NCBI GenBank assembly: GCA_965655095.1 | Contig: OZ296651.1 | Span: 39,990,001 to 40,054,000 of the forward strand | Source: Haplodiscus bocki | Lineage: Eukaryota | Reading direction: 5' to 3' | DNA: 64,000 nt | In this document: in pieces, positions 38,200-51,199 of the stretch | Numbering within the stretch: position 1 is the stretch's first letter | Layout: the number at the start of each line of letters is the position of its first letter | Notes under the pieces: model-generated | The model's input: only the letters and a program-made list of their open reading frames with translations | What the model was told of the DNA's origin: nothing | Databases searched by the model: none | Translations under genes and position numbers: made by a program

Positions 38200-40830
38200 A
38201 GCAGCGTACTTAGCAGTGACCCCTAAATTTATTTTTTGGAGATTACTTAGCCAACAAATGGCACTAAGCTTTGTTTAAGCCCACACCTTCAGGTGCTTCT
38301 TCAAATGCTGTTTTTACTGTGAGAGGACCCTCTAAGTTTCTTTGAGTTGTTTTGTTGAAGTGTTACTCAAATATTTTCTTTTCTTCTGTTAAAGGTTTAC
38401 TTTGAGGAACACTATCATGTTTCCAGCACTCACTAAAGTAAATGCTCAGTGTTGCGGGATAGAAGTGGCTGTGCGTATAACCCGACAATGTTTTTTTGTT
38501 TTCTGCTTGTTCCAACACGGACCCTACACAACGCAACCGAAAGTTGATTTGACTAGAGAGAATTCATCGTCTTTACTTTGTTCTCGAGAAGGAAATCTTC
38601 AGGCCTGTTGGCGCTGAGAAAGATTCCAATCTTTTCTAGTGTGTTAAAATAAGGATCTCCGAGTTCTAAGAAATTGACTACTCGAATTCGACTGGCGTTT
38701 GTTCATCTCGGCTACTAACTTCAACAGAATATTTCAGTGGTGGGGAGCAAGCCACATGTTCGTTGACTATGAGTAGAGCCCCAACCATGCGTTTGAAATT
38801 TTGGTTGAGAGCTCCTAGTTGGCAACGTCGGGGCGCCTGTCTTGTCCGCCGTGCTAAGATGAGCCTGGGAGCCAGTAACTAACATTTACGAAACTATCGG
38901 ATTACCGCCAGCATCGCTGATCCTTTTTAGTGCTGTTAGTAATGGAGCAGTGTCAATGGTACCATGTGCTGAAATGTCCTCTGGTGAACTTTCTGAGTGA
39001 TTCTTTTTTTTTCAGTGTCTGTGGTATCAGGAGCTACCGTTGAGCTTCTCTTCTCAGTACCACTGGGCGGTACTTTAATGCTTTTCTTTGAACGATGCAT
39101 GAGTTTGAGATTTCGGACTTGACATTGTTTACAAGTGAAACAAGAAATACATGCATTGAATATTAAATGCATGACTATATTGAAAGCAGTTAAAGCATCG
39201 TTAATTGTTTTTGTCGTTAGTATCCTTGTATTGGTTTTCTTTAGGTCTACTGATACCCGTGTCAACAGACGGGCTTCTATATTTTTCGAACTTGCTTTGC
39301 TGTTATCAGGACAGAAGTTCAGTCCCCGAATTGTTGAACTGCTATTGCATACGGGATTTGACATTCTTTTTGTCCGATTTTCGAGAAAATACGATGGAAC
39401 TGACTTGTGCACAGGTTCGGAAGATCCTAAATGTTCGTTGCTTGACTCCAGATTGAAGTTTGCAAAGGCTCGTTTCCGACTCTCCCTTCTTGGCCAGTTA
39501 TGTCCGAATTTTAGGCAAATAAGGTGGCACCATATTTTACTGATTAGTTTAGTGCTCATCAGGCAGTTGCGAGCATTTTCGTACTTCTGATCTGTGACAA
39601 CACTGGACGGTATCCGTCGTGCTTCGTCTCCTTTCACGCCTACTTCGTTGTAAACTTTTTCGGATTTTGGGAAGTTGTTATTATCATCTGCTGCCTCGTA
39701 GAGATCGGCAGAGCTCATCCAATCATTGTTTTAGCCTTTGAACAATGGGAGTTGAAGTTTGGGAGATTTAAATTTGGTTTGTTGCTAAAAGTATTCATTA
39801 GTGCCTTTTCTAAGTGAGTTGACCCTGGTCTAATGTCTGCGTCAAGCTAATGAATCGTGCCTACCCTTTTGTGCAATGCCTTGAATAAGGATTCTCTCTC
39901 TCAGGAGGTCTGGTTCAAGAATCAATGTTTCCTGAAATGAATATTTGAACTTTTTTCTCAATGTTGGTGAAGTGTTTTTTATAGCTGCACTTAACCATGG
40001 CAATCCTTTTTTCCTCTCTTGCAGATGGCTTCGCGTGACTTTCCTCACTGACATGACTTGATCATCCATTGTTCAGCTTTTGAAGCGCTTTCGACGTGAT
40101 TGTTTTTTACTGCAATCCGATTGGCCACCAATGAGAGAATCATCCAGTGACCTCACTGAGAAGAAAGTAATGAAGGGAGAGAAATTTGGTTTTTAAGTCA
40201 GTGAAAGACCTCTTGTTTAGAAGCTTTTGATTCCTCTGAGTAGGTGTTTTTGTCGTGGTTCTTGTGTTTAGTGACGGGGCTTTCAAATTGTCATGATGAT
40301 TAAGTTTTGTGACCAGAGATTTGATCACCAAACATGCTTGTTAGTGCAGATTGTTGTAGTCGAACAGCGAGAAAGTTGTTGTCTTAGCGTCTGCAGAAGA
40401 ATTTACGTCGAGTGTTAAAACCATGAGGTTCATTCGCTGTTTGACTGTACACAAGATTTGCAAATCTGTCCTTGTACTTCAAAGGGGGGGGGGTTGCAAG
40501 TTGTTCTGAGGAGGTTCAGTTGAAGTTGGTGCAGTGATGAGCTCTCAAGTAATTGATAACGATGTGCGAAATAATGTTCTTTCAGAACACTGTGATCAAG
40601 GTGGTACGACAGGCTAATGTTCTTCTTTTTGGCACAACGAAAAAAGATTGAAACTGAGGATTTTTCTAGTCACAAAACCATTGAAGGTTTGTCTGTCAGC
40701 TATATCACGATCGTCATGTGCTCTTTGGAGGGATCTGGCACCATAACATACACCATTAAATTGAACTTGATATTTAACAGTTTTATTGAGAACTCTAGTC
40801 CTAATGAGAATTCTCTGAAACTTTAGTCCT
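38200..40830 (-). mobile_element. Decayed LTR-retrotransposon-like coding remnant
   Basis: Long interrupted minus-strand frames (38936..39718, 39842..40069) and an HRYQLL motif (~40550) similar to Gypsy integrase C-terminal HRNHL. No intact domain. Confidence 0.3.
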
Positions 40831-42892
40831 AGTTTTTGTTCCTAAATAGCGGACCCAAATAGACAATACTGGGAAGGCAAACCCAAACAGATGGGGCCCG
40901 CATTGCTAGGATCCAACTTTGTTGAGTCCAAAAATGATGATATTCAGGAAAGTAAAATTCGACAACGGCAAAGAAATGCACATTCCCAGTGAGGAATCAT
41001 TTGAAAGAAACAATATCAAGTCCAACAAGAAACAAAAACGCAGCAGAGGTGCGAAATTTGCTGTCGACGTTGGGTCAGAATTGGCTCATAATTGAAAGTT
41101 CTGAAATGGGAATCATCGGAACCCTTGGAAGCGAGAAGGCGCTCTTTTAGCACAGTAAGTGCAATTTTACACAAAAACTTGTGATCTCAAAGATGCTTTC
41201 GAGATGATTATTTTGGGGATATTTTTGAAACAATAAATTGAACTTTGTTCAGGAGTTTGAGCGAAAAAATTAGGCAGGGTAGTCAAAAGGGCTCCGAATT
41301 TAAAATAGCTTCACCCAGAATAAATAGTTCAAGTAAATTTTCAAGTGTACAAGTAGGAATGGTCCACTCGCTTTGTAAAGCAACTTTTCAAATTAATTCT
41401 TTGAGAACAGAACTGTGCTCTAGGGTTTTGTCTGAAAAAGCAGCACAAAAAGTTCCGACAGGCCCTCTCAATTTTATTCTACACAAATTTTATTTGGAAA
41501 AAAATTCATCAGCAGCGACTTGCTAGAGGTAATTTTGTTTAGAATGAATAGTTTCGCAATCAATTGAACGAGACAAGTAAATATGTGCGGGAAAGAAACG
41601 ATAGTGAAAAGACTTGTCACTTACCAACATGAATTTTTTCTGTTTTTTCTGCGTCCCCGTTACTAAGCTGCATCCTCCTTATACTCACCATTGATTTGCT
41701 GATTTTAGCGTCATCTTTTAGGTTATAAATGGGCAAAAGCTAGCCTACCTTAGAACGCAAAAAATGAGGTTATGGGCAATCAGTTATCTATTTTTAAAGT
41801 AAGCTTTTGGGTAATTCTTTGAAAGGTTTGAAGGGAATGTGGCTAATCGAATGAGTCACTGATAAGCTCTTCTTATTAAAATTACCGCGAGTGCAGCTGC
41901 TAAATGGGTGTTTTTTTCAGTAACCCAACTTGAAAAAAAGACATCCTCATGGCAAAGATTTAACTTTTGAACGCAGAATTTGCAAAATAGGTCTTTTGAG
42001 AAGAGATGAATATTAATTTCGTGAATTTACGAAGAGTTTTGTCGGAAAAGTTGGACTTTTGAAGTGATAAGGGAACTTCCTGCTCAATATTTTTGATCGA
42101 TCTGTTTTTACGTTGTCGGCAACTTCGTTAATAATGCGTTCTAAAGGATTTTTTTCGAAAAACTAGCTTTTTATGATTGGTTCAACATGAAAGTTGTCAA
42201 CCAATTTTGAAAAAAAAATCATTTTGGTCAAAAAAAGCGTATTTAAGGAATTTTATCACTTTGTATGCATTCTACAGCAAATTTGCCATCTGTTCTCGAT
42301 TCGCGAAGAATCATTTTTCAAAAAAAAAACTTGCATGTATTTGAGAACAGCCACTATTTCAGTTATCTTCTACGGCAAATTTCCAGCTTAGTGGTGATAT
42401 AAAATTTTCAGAGTCAATCGTGCAATTGGCAACTGAAGGTAAAAAACGCACGTGGCGAGAGAAAGATTTTTGTTTCATATTATAAATATGGTGGAAAATG
42501 ACAAGAAACATTTCCAATTTATAATATGGCCGACTGTTGAACGAGGAATGAAGGATAGCCTCTTGGAATAGAAACTTCTGGAATTGCGCTCGAATGAGTA
42601 TGAATGAACAAGTTTTATAATTTTCCATTAGACGAGATGCTCAGAAAATTCTTTGCAGCTCATCGTATATTTCAACTATAAAGCGACTTTTTTGTAGCTG
42701 TACAAAACGTGATCATTAGCTTTCAAAGACTTCCAACGTTTGTAGTAGTTAAACATCAAAGAAGACTCGTTCTATTTGACGGGAAGTTCTGTGACTTCGG
42801 CTTATTTGGTTTCTCGCCGTTCTATTGTTTCTTGAATTCTGAAGTCCGGAAGCGAATTTTCGGAGGCAATTATTTGATGCATTTCAGTTTTC

Positions 42893-43060
42893 ATGGCGCA
42901 ATTAAAGGAACTAAAAGCTTTTGTTGTTGGATGGACTGGCGCTTGTGGTGAGGCTCTGGTGAAACAACTTGCAGCCAGGAATACATTCAAGGAAGTAGTC
43001 CTGCTGGGTCGTCGTAAAGTGGAATTCCCCGCGGATGACGCACGCTCAAAGCTCAGACAG
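42893..43060 (+). CDS. HTATIP2: Oxidoreductase HTATIP2/TIP30 (CC3), coding exon 1
   Basis: MAQLKELKAFVVGWTGACGEALVKQL...FKEVVLLGRRKVEF with Rossmann GxxGxxG; donor CAG|gtacta, 168 nt, phase 0. Confidence 0.92.
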
Positions 43061-43726
43061 GTACTAACAGTTTTTTAAGTTCAAGCTTGTCAAAATTTTG
43101 CGCAATTATTTAGAATATTGAAATTTTTTCACCGTTTTAGTGATTCATCTCTTTTAGATGACATTGTATCCTACAATTTTGAAAAAGAAATGATTCTGAG
43201 AAAAACGCTAATTGAGTTGGAATTTGATACAATTTCTGTTGCAATTGATTCCACTCCAAAACGCCTAAACCCAAAATACCCAAAGTCCCTAAATATCCCA
43301 GCCCAAAATCCAAAATAACCAAAGTCCCAAATTTACCAAGCTCAAAATACCCAATATACCCATAGCCGACATACGCAAAGATCTAAGATACCAATTAAAT
43401 TATTAAAGCGTCTTAGCATTAAAGAACCCAATATACTTGAATGTTGCATAATTACTTAATTGATATCCTAATTAGGATGCTAAATAATATTGCTCCATAC
43501 AGCAAAATTCTATACACGATTATAAATACACTAAACAAAATTACTACCACATCTACCATTTGCTTTGCAAAAACTCACTATTTTGGAATTTAAAGTTTTT
43601 GAAAACTCGAAATTATGCAATACAATTTATCACAAAAAAGGTAGATGAATTTAAAAAGCAGACAAGGCCATCAAGGCTCAAATCCGCGCTTTTCACTGGC
43701 CTGCTGCAAAAAACTGTGTGGGTCTT

Positions 43727-43885
43727 ACAGTTTTGTCTCACAGTGACGAAAATTTAGTGGGGAGTCTCACAATTTTGTCTCACAGTGCCAAAAATTTTGT
43801 GGGGGAGTCACAATTTTGTCTCACAGTGCCGAACACTTGGGGGGCGGGGGTGTCTCAATTTTGTCTCACAGTGCCAAAAATTTTG
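43727..43885 (+). repeat. Short ~40-bp tandem derivative of the 120-bp satellite within the HTATIP2 intron
   Basis: Four TTTTGTCTCACAGTG(A/C)C units. Related single monomers lie on the minus strand at ~60040-60180 and ~62640-62860. Confidence 0.8.
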
Positions 43886-44323
43886 GGTTACGCTTTGGTG
43901 GTTTCAAAAAAATGTTTGAAATCATTTTTTTGGGCGGCCACAAACAAAAAACAGTTAATGAAAATTATTAATTCATAGATTCCAGCGGTAAAGCTTACTT
44001 GTATGTACTTGCAAGTAAAAAATAACAAAGCTAGATCCAAAGCACAAGGCTAAAATTTGATACATGTCCGAGTCTAAGAAATCGGCTACCGTTGTTGCAA
44101 ATTTGTTTCAACAAAATGTCAACACGACCGGAATGATCAACCAGTGAATTAATAATGATAAATTTTGGGCTTGGGTATTTGTCCTGCCACCGTTGCAATT
44201 AATGTTTCATTAATTGGAAGTTTTCAGATTCGAGTGTTCTGGCAGTATAAATTTTGATGGCAAACATTTACTTTCTTGAATTCCAACGACTCTGGGCGAA
44301 GCAAAATAATTGACTGGTTTCAG

Positions 44324-44848
44324 GAAGTCGTTGATTTTGAAGATCTTTCCAAATCGAAAGATCTTTTCACGGGCTGTGAAGTGGGCTACTGTGGATTAGG
44401 CACAACACGACGTGATTCTGGGGCAACTGGCTTTGTAAAAGTGGATTATGACTATATCATGGCCGTGGCCAAATTGGCCAAAAAACAGGATTGCAAGCAG
44501 TTCCATCTCATATCTGCCGTTTGGGCTAATAAGAGCAGTCCTGTGTTGTACACTCAGATCAAGGGCAAGGTCGAAGCTGAAGTCACTGATCTTGGATTTG
44601 ATCAATTGTTCATCTATAGGCCAGGGTTGCTCCTGCGGGGTGAGAAGACCCGTTGGGGTGAAAAGGTTTACGGAGCACTCATGAAACCTGTCACAATTTT
44701 CAAGCCTGAAGCTGGGCAAGTTTCTGTTGAAGTTGTGGCAAAATCTATGCTCAAGAAAAGTGAACTGTACGGTGTTGGAGAAACCGAAAAGATGACTCTG
44801 CTGACTAATGCTGATATTCATAAAGTTTCCAAAGAATTGAACGATTAA
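44324..44848 (+). CDS. HTATIP2: Oxidoreductase HTATIP2/TIP30, coding exon 2
   Basis: Acceptor tttcag; EVVDFEDL...CGLGTTR...GFVKVDYDY...QFHLISA..AN..S..LYTQIKGKVE...IYRPGLLL. Spliced product is 230 aa with the SDR YxxxK motif. Confidence 0.95.
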   Translation, partial: EVVDFEDLSKSKDLFTGCEVGYCGLGTTRRDSGATGFVKVDYDYIMAVAKLAKKQDCKQFHLISAVWANKSSPVLYTQIKGKVEAEVTDLGFDQLFIYRPGLLLRGEKTRWGEKVYGALMKPVTIFKPEAGQVSVEVVAKSMLKKSELYGVGETEKMTLLTNADIHKVSKELND

Positions 44849-45361
44849 TGGAATAACCCAATGGGAGGTATTGTAATGAATTAATCCTGAATGCTGAATT
44901 TTTCTTCCTTCATTAGTCTGCCTGATATTGAAGATGAATTTGTGTCTGGGTTGAAGTATCGTAACTTATCAAAACCGCTGAGTGTTTGAAATATTTTTTT
45001 GAAATATGTTTTCCTGTTGTGTGAATCTAGGGATTGATACAAATGTTAGTAGCCATTTAAATACTAGGACGCACAGTAGCACTGTGATATTTTCGGCCGC
45101 CAGTTGTTCAGAGTATCGCGTTACACATAACGCTTAAACGTTAATTAATTAGAACATGATTAATTAGTTAAAGCTAACCTTTTGTGAGGGTTTGAATGTT
45201 GATATAAAAGTATAAAAAAGCTGGTGAAATAAATAACCGTTGGAGTTGCACAATTCATTTTCACAAAAAATTCTAACCAGAGCTATTCTCATATTGGCTC
45301 TTGCTGCTAACATGCTTGGTACAAGCCAATTTTCTATTGGTTGCATGAAATGGCAGCATGC

Positions 45362-47090
45362 TGTTATAATGGAGTCGACCTGCGAAGCTGACTCAATCAT
45401 AATTTTCCTTCCAGCTTAACGGACGGGACTCCTCACTCCTCTTCTGACTTGCTTTACTCTTCTCTTCTCCCTTTTACTGGGACAAATTATTCTAAGTTCA
45501 ACTCCCTTTCTCCCTTTTATTCTTTTGGACAAATTTATTCTAAGTCCAATTCCTCTTCCCTCTTCTCTTCGGACGGATTTATTCTAAATCAAAATTCCAT
45601 TTTCTCTTTGCTCTTTCCGGACTAAAAGTTCTCAGTCCAACTCCAAATTGAAAGAAATATTCTACATCAACTTTTCTTTCTGACTTTGAAAAATTCCCTC
45701 TTTTTGATTACCCATTCCATACTCTTGCCACTGGAGTCTAAACAGTGTCCACTAACGCTTGCTTCAGTATTAGCCTGTGCGGATTCCGCTGACGAGCTCC
45801 GGTTCTGAAGCAAGAGTGGATCTTAAACTGCACGACCCTCACGAGGTTCCTCGAAAGAGATTGGCATTACATAGTAGACCAAGTCTCACCTCGTCTGCTG
45901 CCGTGGTAATTCAGAATTCATTAAATTCTTAGATACGGTTTAAATATGCAGAAACCGTCCCTTTTGTAAACATACTAAAACAATTTCTTGTTCTCAAAGT
46001 TCCTATTTGGTCCTATTGCGAGTCAGATTTACAAGAAGAAAGTCCCAGAACAACACGCAGATCACCCGACTCTATCAGCAGTATCCGTAACTTAAAGAAT
46101 TTTCTAGTCCGGAATGAGTACATCTATCTGGTCAATCCTAATATTCGTTCTTCTGAATCCCTCCCATAAAATCCGGTAGATACTAGTCTCGGTTGGAGAA
46201 AAAGGGACTAAGAGAAACTCACCAGGTTCCTGCTTGAAGCGAGCTTTTACCTGAGTTTTAGATAAAACCTAAAATGTTTCAAACCCCGCCAATAAATCCG
46301 CAGATTTATTCACGTCTTGGGAAAGTGGGGAAATTAAGCCACTTCAACCAGTTGCTATGATAACGCAAGTACTGAGTGTAAGTGAAAGACTAAAATAACT
46401 TCAATTAAAAAAAGTCACGTAAATCGCCCGTCAACGGCTCACACCTGATCAGAAGAGGATATCTATGTTTCAAACAGTAGACGGCGAATTGCCAGTTACT
46501 GTGTTTAGACAAAAGCATAGACTTTATTTGTGACATATTTAAGTAAAAGTAAAAAACAAAATTTAGCAAAAACTAAACAAAATAAAACCAACAGTGCTAG
46601 AAACAACGAATAACAGAATTTTCGCCCTAGCCTAAAACCATAAAAACTCCCTCTATACCTCGTTTTGTTATTCAATACTTTCCAGAACTACTTGAATGTT
46701 TCGGTCATTTCATCTATCTTCACAATTTCGGATTTGGATTCATCATATGATTTTTTATGTTTTCGGATGCTTTTTTGTGGTTCATATTTTGATGAATGGT
46801 GATGGCTTATAACTTACAGGATTTTACCTGATCTTTCATAGAATTGATAATAATTGCTTTGGTCCAGCCATTTTTTATTTCTGATGATTAATTCGCCGAT
46901 GCTTATATAACTGATAGGAAAACTGTCCCAGTTTGAGGAGGTAAACAAAACTTTTCTTTACTGAATTTTTTGTAAAGAAGACTTGATCAGAATGAAATTT
47001 GGGAATATTCACGGGGGACGAAGAATTTTACGTGCAGGAATGAATTTTACTGGAGTAAATCGAAAATGCTGTTTATGGTGATATCGTTAT
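45362..47090 (-). mobile_element. 3' fragment of a Gypsy-like element (integrase C-terminus plus non-coding/LTR-like sequence)
   Basis: Minus-strand remnant RFTP..KKWL..RSGK.. at 46670-47090. TGTTAT at 45362 looks like an LTR terminus; short internal repeats GGACAAATT.ATTCTAAG. Confidence 0.35.
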
Positions 47091-48270
47091 TCTACACTGT
47101 TGCTAATTGACAATTCTTTTCCCTCTCTGGTTGTTGTAGTCATGATGATTAAGGTCCCAGATTGCACAGTCGTGCTTTCATTTCATCAAACGCATTCCGT
47201 TTCCCTTGGTAATCTGAACAATTGCTCATTTCATTTTCTATTTTCTTCCATCGCTCATAAAGTCCTGGCTATTGAACTTACGCAATCTTTGCTCGCGGAG
47301 CCAGCTTGGCAACAAAAATAGAGAGATAAAAGCTCCAGAGACTCGTTCTGTTTATTAACAAAACAACTGACGCGCGGCTACCTTAATGGAGTGTTATTCA
47401 TGCGCCGTTCTAAGCTGACTGGGAGTTAGAGCTAAATAATATTTGCAATTTTAACCGCTGGTACTTTCTACTGCTACATGCTCTGGAACAAACTGGTGCG
47501 ACCAGTGGGACATATTCAATTTTTTTTCTGAGCGATATATTTGCAATTTATTTCTGCGCTAAATGTTTTTCTTTATATTTCCTTTAGTAACATTTATTCT
47601 TTTCAGATCACTGGGAATTTTAACAGTTGCTCTGATTAGAATACTCTCATCCAGCAATTCCCGAATTTTTCCTGTATAAACCTTTCAGAATGAAAACCGA
47701 TTTGATTCTTGCGCTATATTTTTCCTAATTCCTGTTATCGCCCTACTCCTGACACCTACCTATCTCCTAGCAGTTTCTGAATTGGTAAAAATGATCCGTA
47801 ATCGAGATTACGGGAACTAGAATTGATTCGGTGATAACTCCAATTTAACTAAGACCTGGTTGAACTGAAAATGTGCATTTGTATTGTTTCAATCGTTTTT
47901 TTAATTTCATGTAAACACCTGATGCCCCAAAACGTCAAAAGTTTGATACTGGATTTGGACGAAATACCTGAGGACGAGTGCAAACATATTTCACTAAATT
48001 GCCCCTGGACTATAACCTCCAAAGACGAGAACCTAACAGTTATTGTAACCTGTGTAAAATGGACTTTTAACTATGAGATCTGTGTACGAGTAAGAGCCCA
48101 TCCACAGGGAGCGCCAAATACTTCGAAACAAATAGACCTAGATTATCATCACTCCATTGCTTAGATGTTTAACTGACGCACTTAATTTATACGAAGCTTT
48201 TGCTAAGCCCCAACTTGATATCATGGGAGTATTATTAGAATACCTGGTTCTCAATTTCTGCTAGAACACT

Positions 48271-49700
48271 ATGGCTCGTGCCCTCCTTGCATACCCCGAT
48301 CTAGCTGTCGATAAGTTCTCTGGCACAGATCCTGACCAAGATGACGAATCATTTATCCAATTAATTGAACGAAAGATCAATTTTGCTCTCGGTGATGCAC
48401 CTGCAGATGCTGACGATTTCGCAAACTACTTTTTCAGGAAGAAAGCGCTGTTCTCTTCTTTACTTTGAGGACCAGCCCCTGAGTTGTATGAAAAGAACAT
48501 CACCAATGCTACTACCTGGGAAAATGTCCGAACAAATTTTATCACTAGATTTTCAGACGGACGAAGTAAATTTCGATACAGAATGGAAGTGGAACATTGT
48601 ATCAGAGGAGATGGAGAAGAAATTCGAAACTTTTCACACCGTATCAAAAGAACGGTTGACAAAGGCTGGCCCGATGATATGAATGCTATTGAGGCCGCTC
48701 AACAAAATGAAGAACAAACTCAAGCACCACAAAGATGCATCGACTACTCAATGAAAGGACTCAGGCCTAGATACCTTCAAGGAAAAACATCAGATTATGC
48801 GATGGAAAACCTGAATCCTACGAGGAATGAATTTTCAACTCGAATAATTCTGAGAGACGTGTCTTTCCAAGTATCCTCTAACTTCTTGAACGATGAAGAG
48901 CAGACCAAAGCCCAAATGGCTCCATTGGGAAAGAAATGAGAAACCTACGAGCGTAACTGCAAGAACATCGAGTTAATGCTGTAGAAGGAAACCCTCGAAC
49001 ATTAGACCGAAACCAAAAAGGAAAGCAAAACGCAACATGATTTTGCAACTACTGCTGCACAAACGGACATACCCCAAGTTGGTGCCGCAAGAAGATACGA
49101 GACGAAGAACTGAAACGAATCGAAAACGAAAGCACGGTCGAGAAAGAAGGCACGTTTACTCAGGACTACAACAAAAAGCGAGGACCAGGCCATGGATCAG
49201 AACAATGGACTTGAGGTCAAGGTTTCCAAAGAAGAAAACAGAACTACTCTAACGATGGTTCTACGAGAAATTTCCCTACTGCTTATCAGAATTTCTCTCC
49301 CAGACTTCACATACGGGAACAACAATCCGAATAACGGAAGATCATATGATCCAGGCCCAAACCAGCCATTGAGTAAAAACGATGGAACTCGATCTCGAAA
49401 TGGATCTTTCAACAATCATAACGGAAACTGGCAAAACAATAGAAATTTGACTCGTTCTCCATCGACTCAAAGGGAAGACTTTTCACAAAATAATTCATAC
49501 CGCCAAGCAGGAAGTGATCAACCTCACAATTCTGCCTCCCGCAGATCTGACAATCGACCTACGACTGGTTTTGCGCCAAACAAAAACTACGAACAAATTT
49601 CCAGAAAACAATAACCAGACGTCTACTAATGTAGGATCGCTTCACCACAACCGATGTTTTCATTAATGAATTATCAGACCTTTGCCCGTTTAACTACTAA
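48271..49700 (+). pseudogene. Gag with zinc knuckle (disrupted)
   Basis: DKFSGTDPDQD.ESFIQLIERKI..., WENVRTNFITRFSD, and CNYCCTNGHTPSWC (C-x2-C-x4-H-x4-C, 49044-49085). Several stops and frameshifts. Confidence 0.85.
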
Positions 49701-50516
49701 GGTATCCTAACTAGAACACCCACAATTCTTGAATTTCCCGACAGCCTCAAAATCTACTTCGCTACCGGAGACACTCAAAATGTCAGTGGTTTGGAGATTG
49801 AGTTCATGTTGGATCCAGGAGCCTCTTGCTCAATCATTAATTACCGAACCTTTTGGGAAATCTGTCAATTACAGCTACCAATTGCTATACAAAAGAGTAC
49901 CAAAGCAACAAAAACATGCTCAGGACAATTATTTCCTATTATTGGCTACGCGACTATATTTTTTAGTTATGACGCAGATGGACAATTCATCTTCCCACTA
50001 GCCATATGGATCACTGAGATGAGGACTCAAAATCTCCTTGGAATGGACTTCTGCGAAAAGCAAGTTTCTCAAATTCTTTTTAATCTACCTGGGATTGAGA
50101 TAAAGAACCCTCTCAAGTCAATCTGCTATGGCAGTTTTCACCAAAACAAACCTTACCCTCATTTATCACAAATTTTGACTATAAGAACCCCCTATACGAT
50201 GTGTATTGATGCTAAGAGTGCCCGTTGTTGGAAATATTCGCCCACAGACACTCATACACACTTCCCACCAGGATCAACTTTTCAACCGAATCGAAATGCT
50301 GTGGCTAACGGCCTGTCCTTTATCAACACTTTTTGCACTCGATCTGAACGTAATCTCCCGATACTGATGGAAACTAACAAGAATCATCAGATAACATCAC
50401 CAAAGGGACAGATTGGATTTTCTTCTCTTGACTTGGTTGATCGGAATGAACCCAAGTACCAAATACGAAGTCCTTACGAGTTGACGAACGGTATCATCTC
50501 TTTTGATGAGAGATAA
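49701..50516 (+). pseudogene. Pol aspartic protease plus following beta-rich linker
   Basis: IEFMLDPGASCSII (D-[T/S]-G altered to DPG)...NLLGMDFC. Confidence 0.88.
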
Positions 50517-50569
50517 AACGATTGTTTTCTCTTACATTCAACAGTTCCAGCTCAGAACAGTGACGAATT

Positions 50570-51000
50570 TCTACAATTTATCTATGGAACTGGATATTCT
50601 ATCCTTCACCAACCTAATTCAATTTGTCATTGCATCTCTGCGGACGCCCGATTCGGTAAAAGTTTTGCCGACTTCCTATCCCACCGAATCCCTGGGCTCA
50701 GATCAACCTGCCGTAACGCAAAGCTTTTCATGGGACAAGTCTATTCCTTCTGGGATTAAAGTGGAATTCGTTATATCTACAATCTTGTGACTAAAGAAAT
50801 GTTTTGCGATAAACCCCCACCCCTATCGACACTGTCTGAAACGTTAGAAGCAATGAAGATTCATGCAGGTACGAATGGCGTTTCTACTATTGCTATACCC
50901 AAACTTGGCTGTGCACTGGATCAAATGAATTGGCAGGAAATGGTGAAACTACTCCTTGATGTCTTCGGTTATGCTGACGTACAGATTGTAGTATACACTC
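50570..51000 (+). pseudogene. TARG1/OARD1 (Poa1p-like) macrodomain inside Gypsy pol
   Basis: In frame with the protease: ICHCISADARFGKSFA...RYIYNLVTK...TIAIPKLGCALDQMNWQEM...VQIVVY. One internal stop at ~50757. Confidence 0.88.
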
Positions 51001-51199
51001 TTGAGGAAAATGGAGTCCACGCGATGTCCGCTGAAGGCGACGCTGAGTTCTACGCTGACGATAAGATAGAACGATACAGTGAAGAATTCTTCCTCGAAAA
51101 CCGTGAGTTAGAAACAGACTTTACTGAGGACTCTAAATCCTGCCAACCGACCTGTGACGAGCAATTCCCAGTCCGTCGCGAGAAAGATCACAACAAAGT

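Larger units (their letters stand above)
47100..51197 (+). mobile_element. Ty3/Gypsy LTR retrotransposon, 5' half (LTR end, PBS, gag, protease, macrodomain; cut before RT)
   Basis: LTR end ..GGAACA (47490), PBS-like TGGTGCGACCAGTGGG (47494), gag with CCHC knuckle, aspartic protease LDPGAS. Confidence 0.88.

Noticed and set aside
43250-43400. Telomere-like CCCAAA-rich repeat in the HTATIP2 intron
   Set aside because: Irregular ~9-bp low-complexity units, not TTAGGG or another fixed telomeric unit.
44396-44821. Antisense ORFs over HTATIP2 and WASHC5 exons (also 60693..61007 and 61315..61623)
   Set aside because: Shadow frames of real coding exons with no independent motif.
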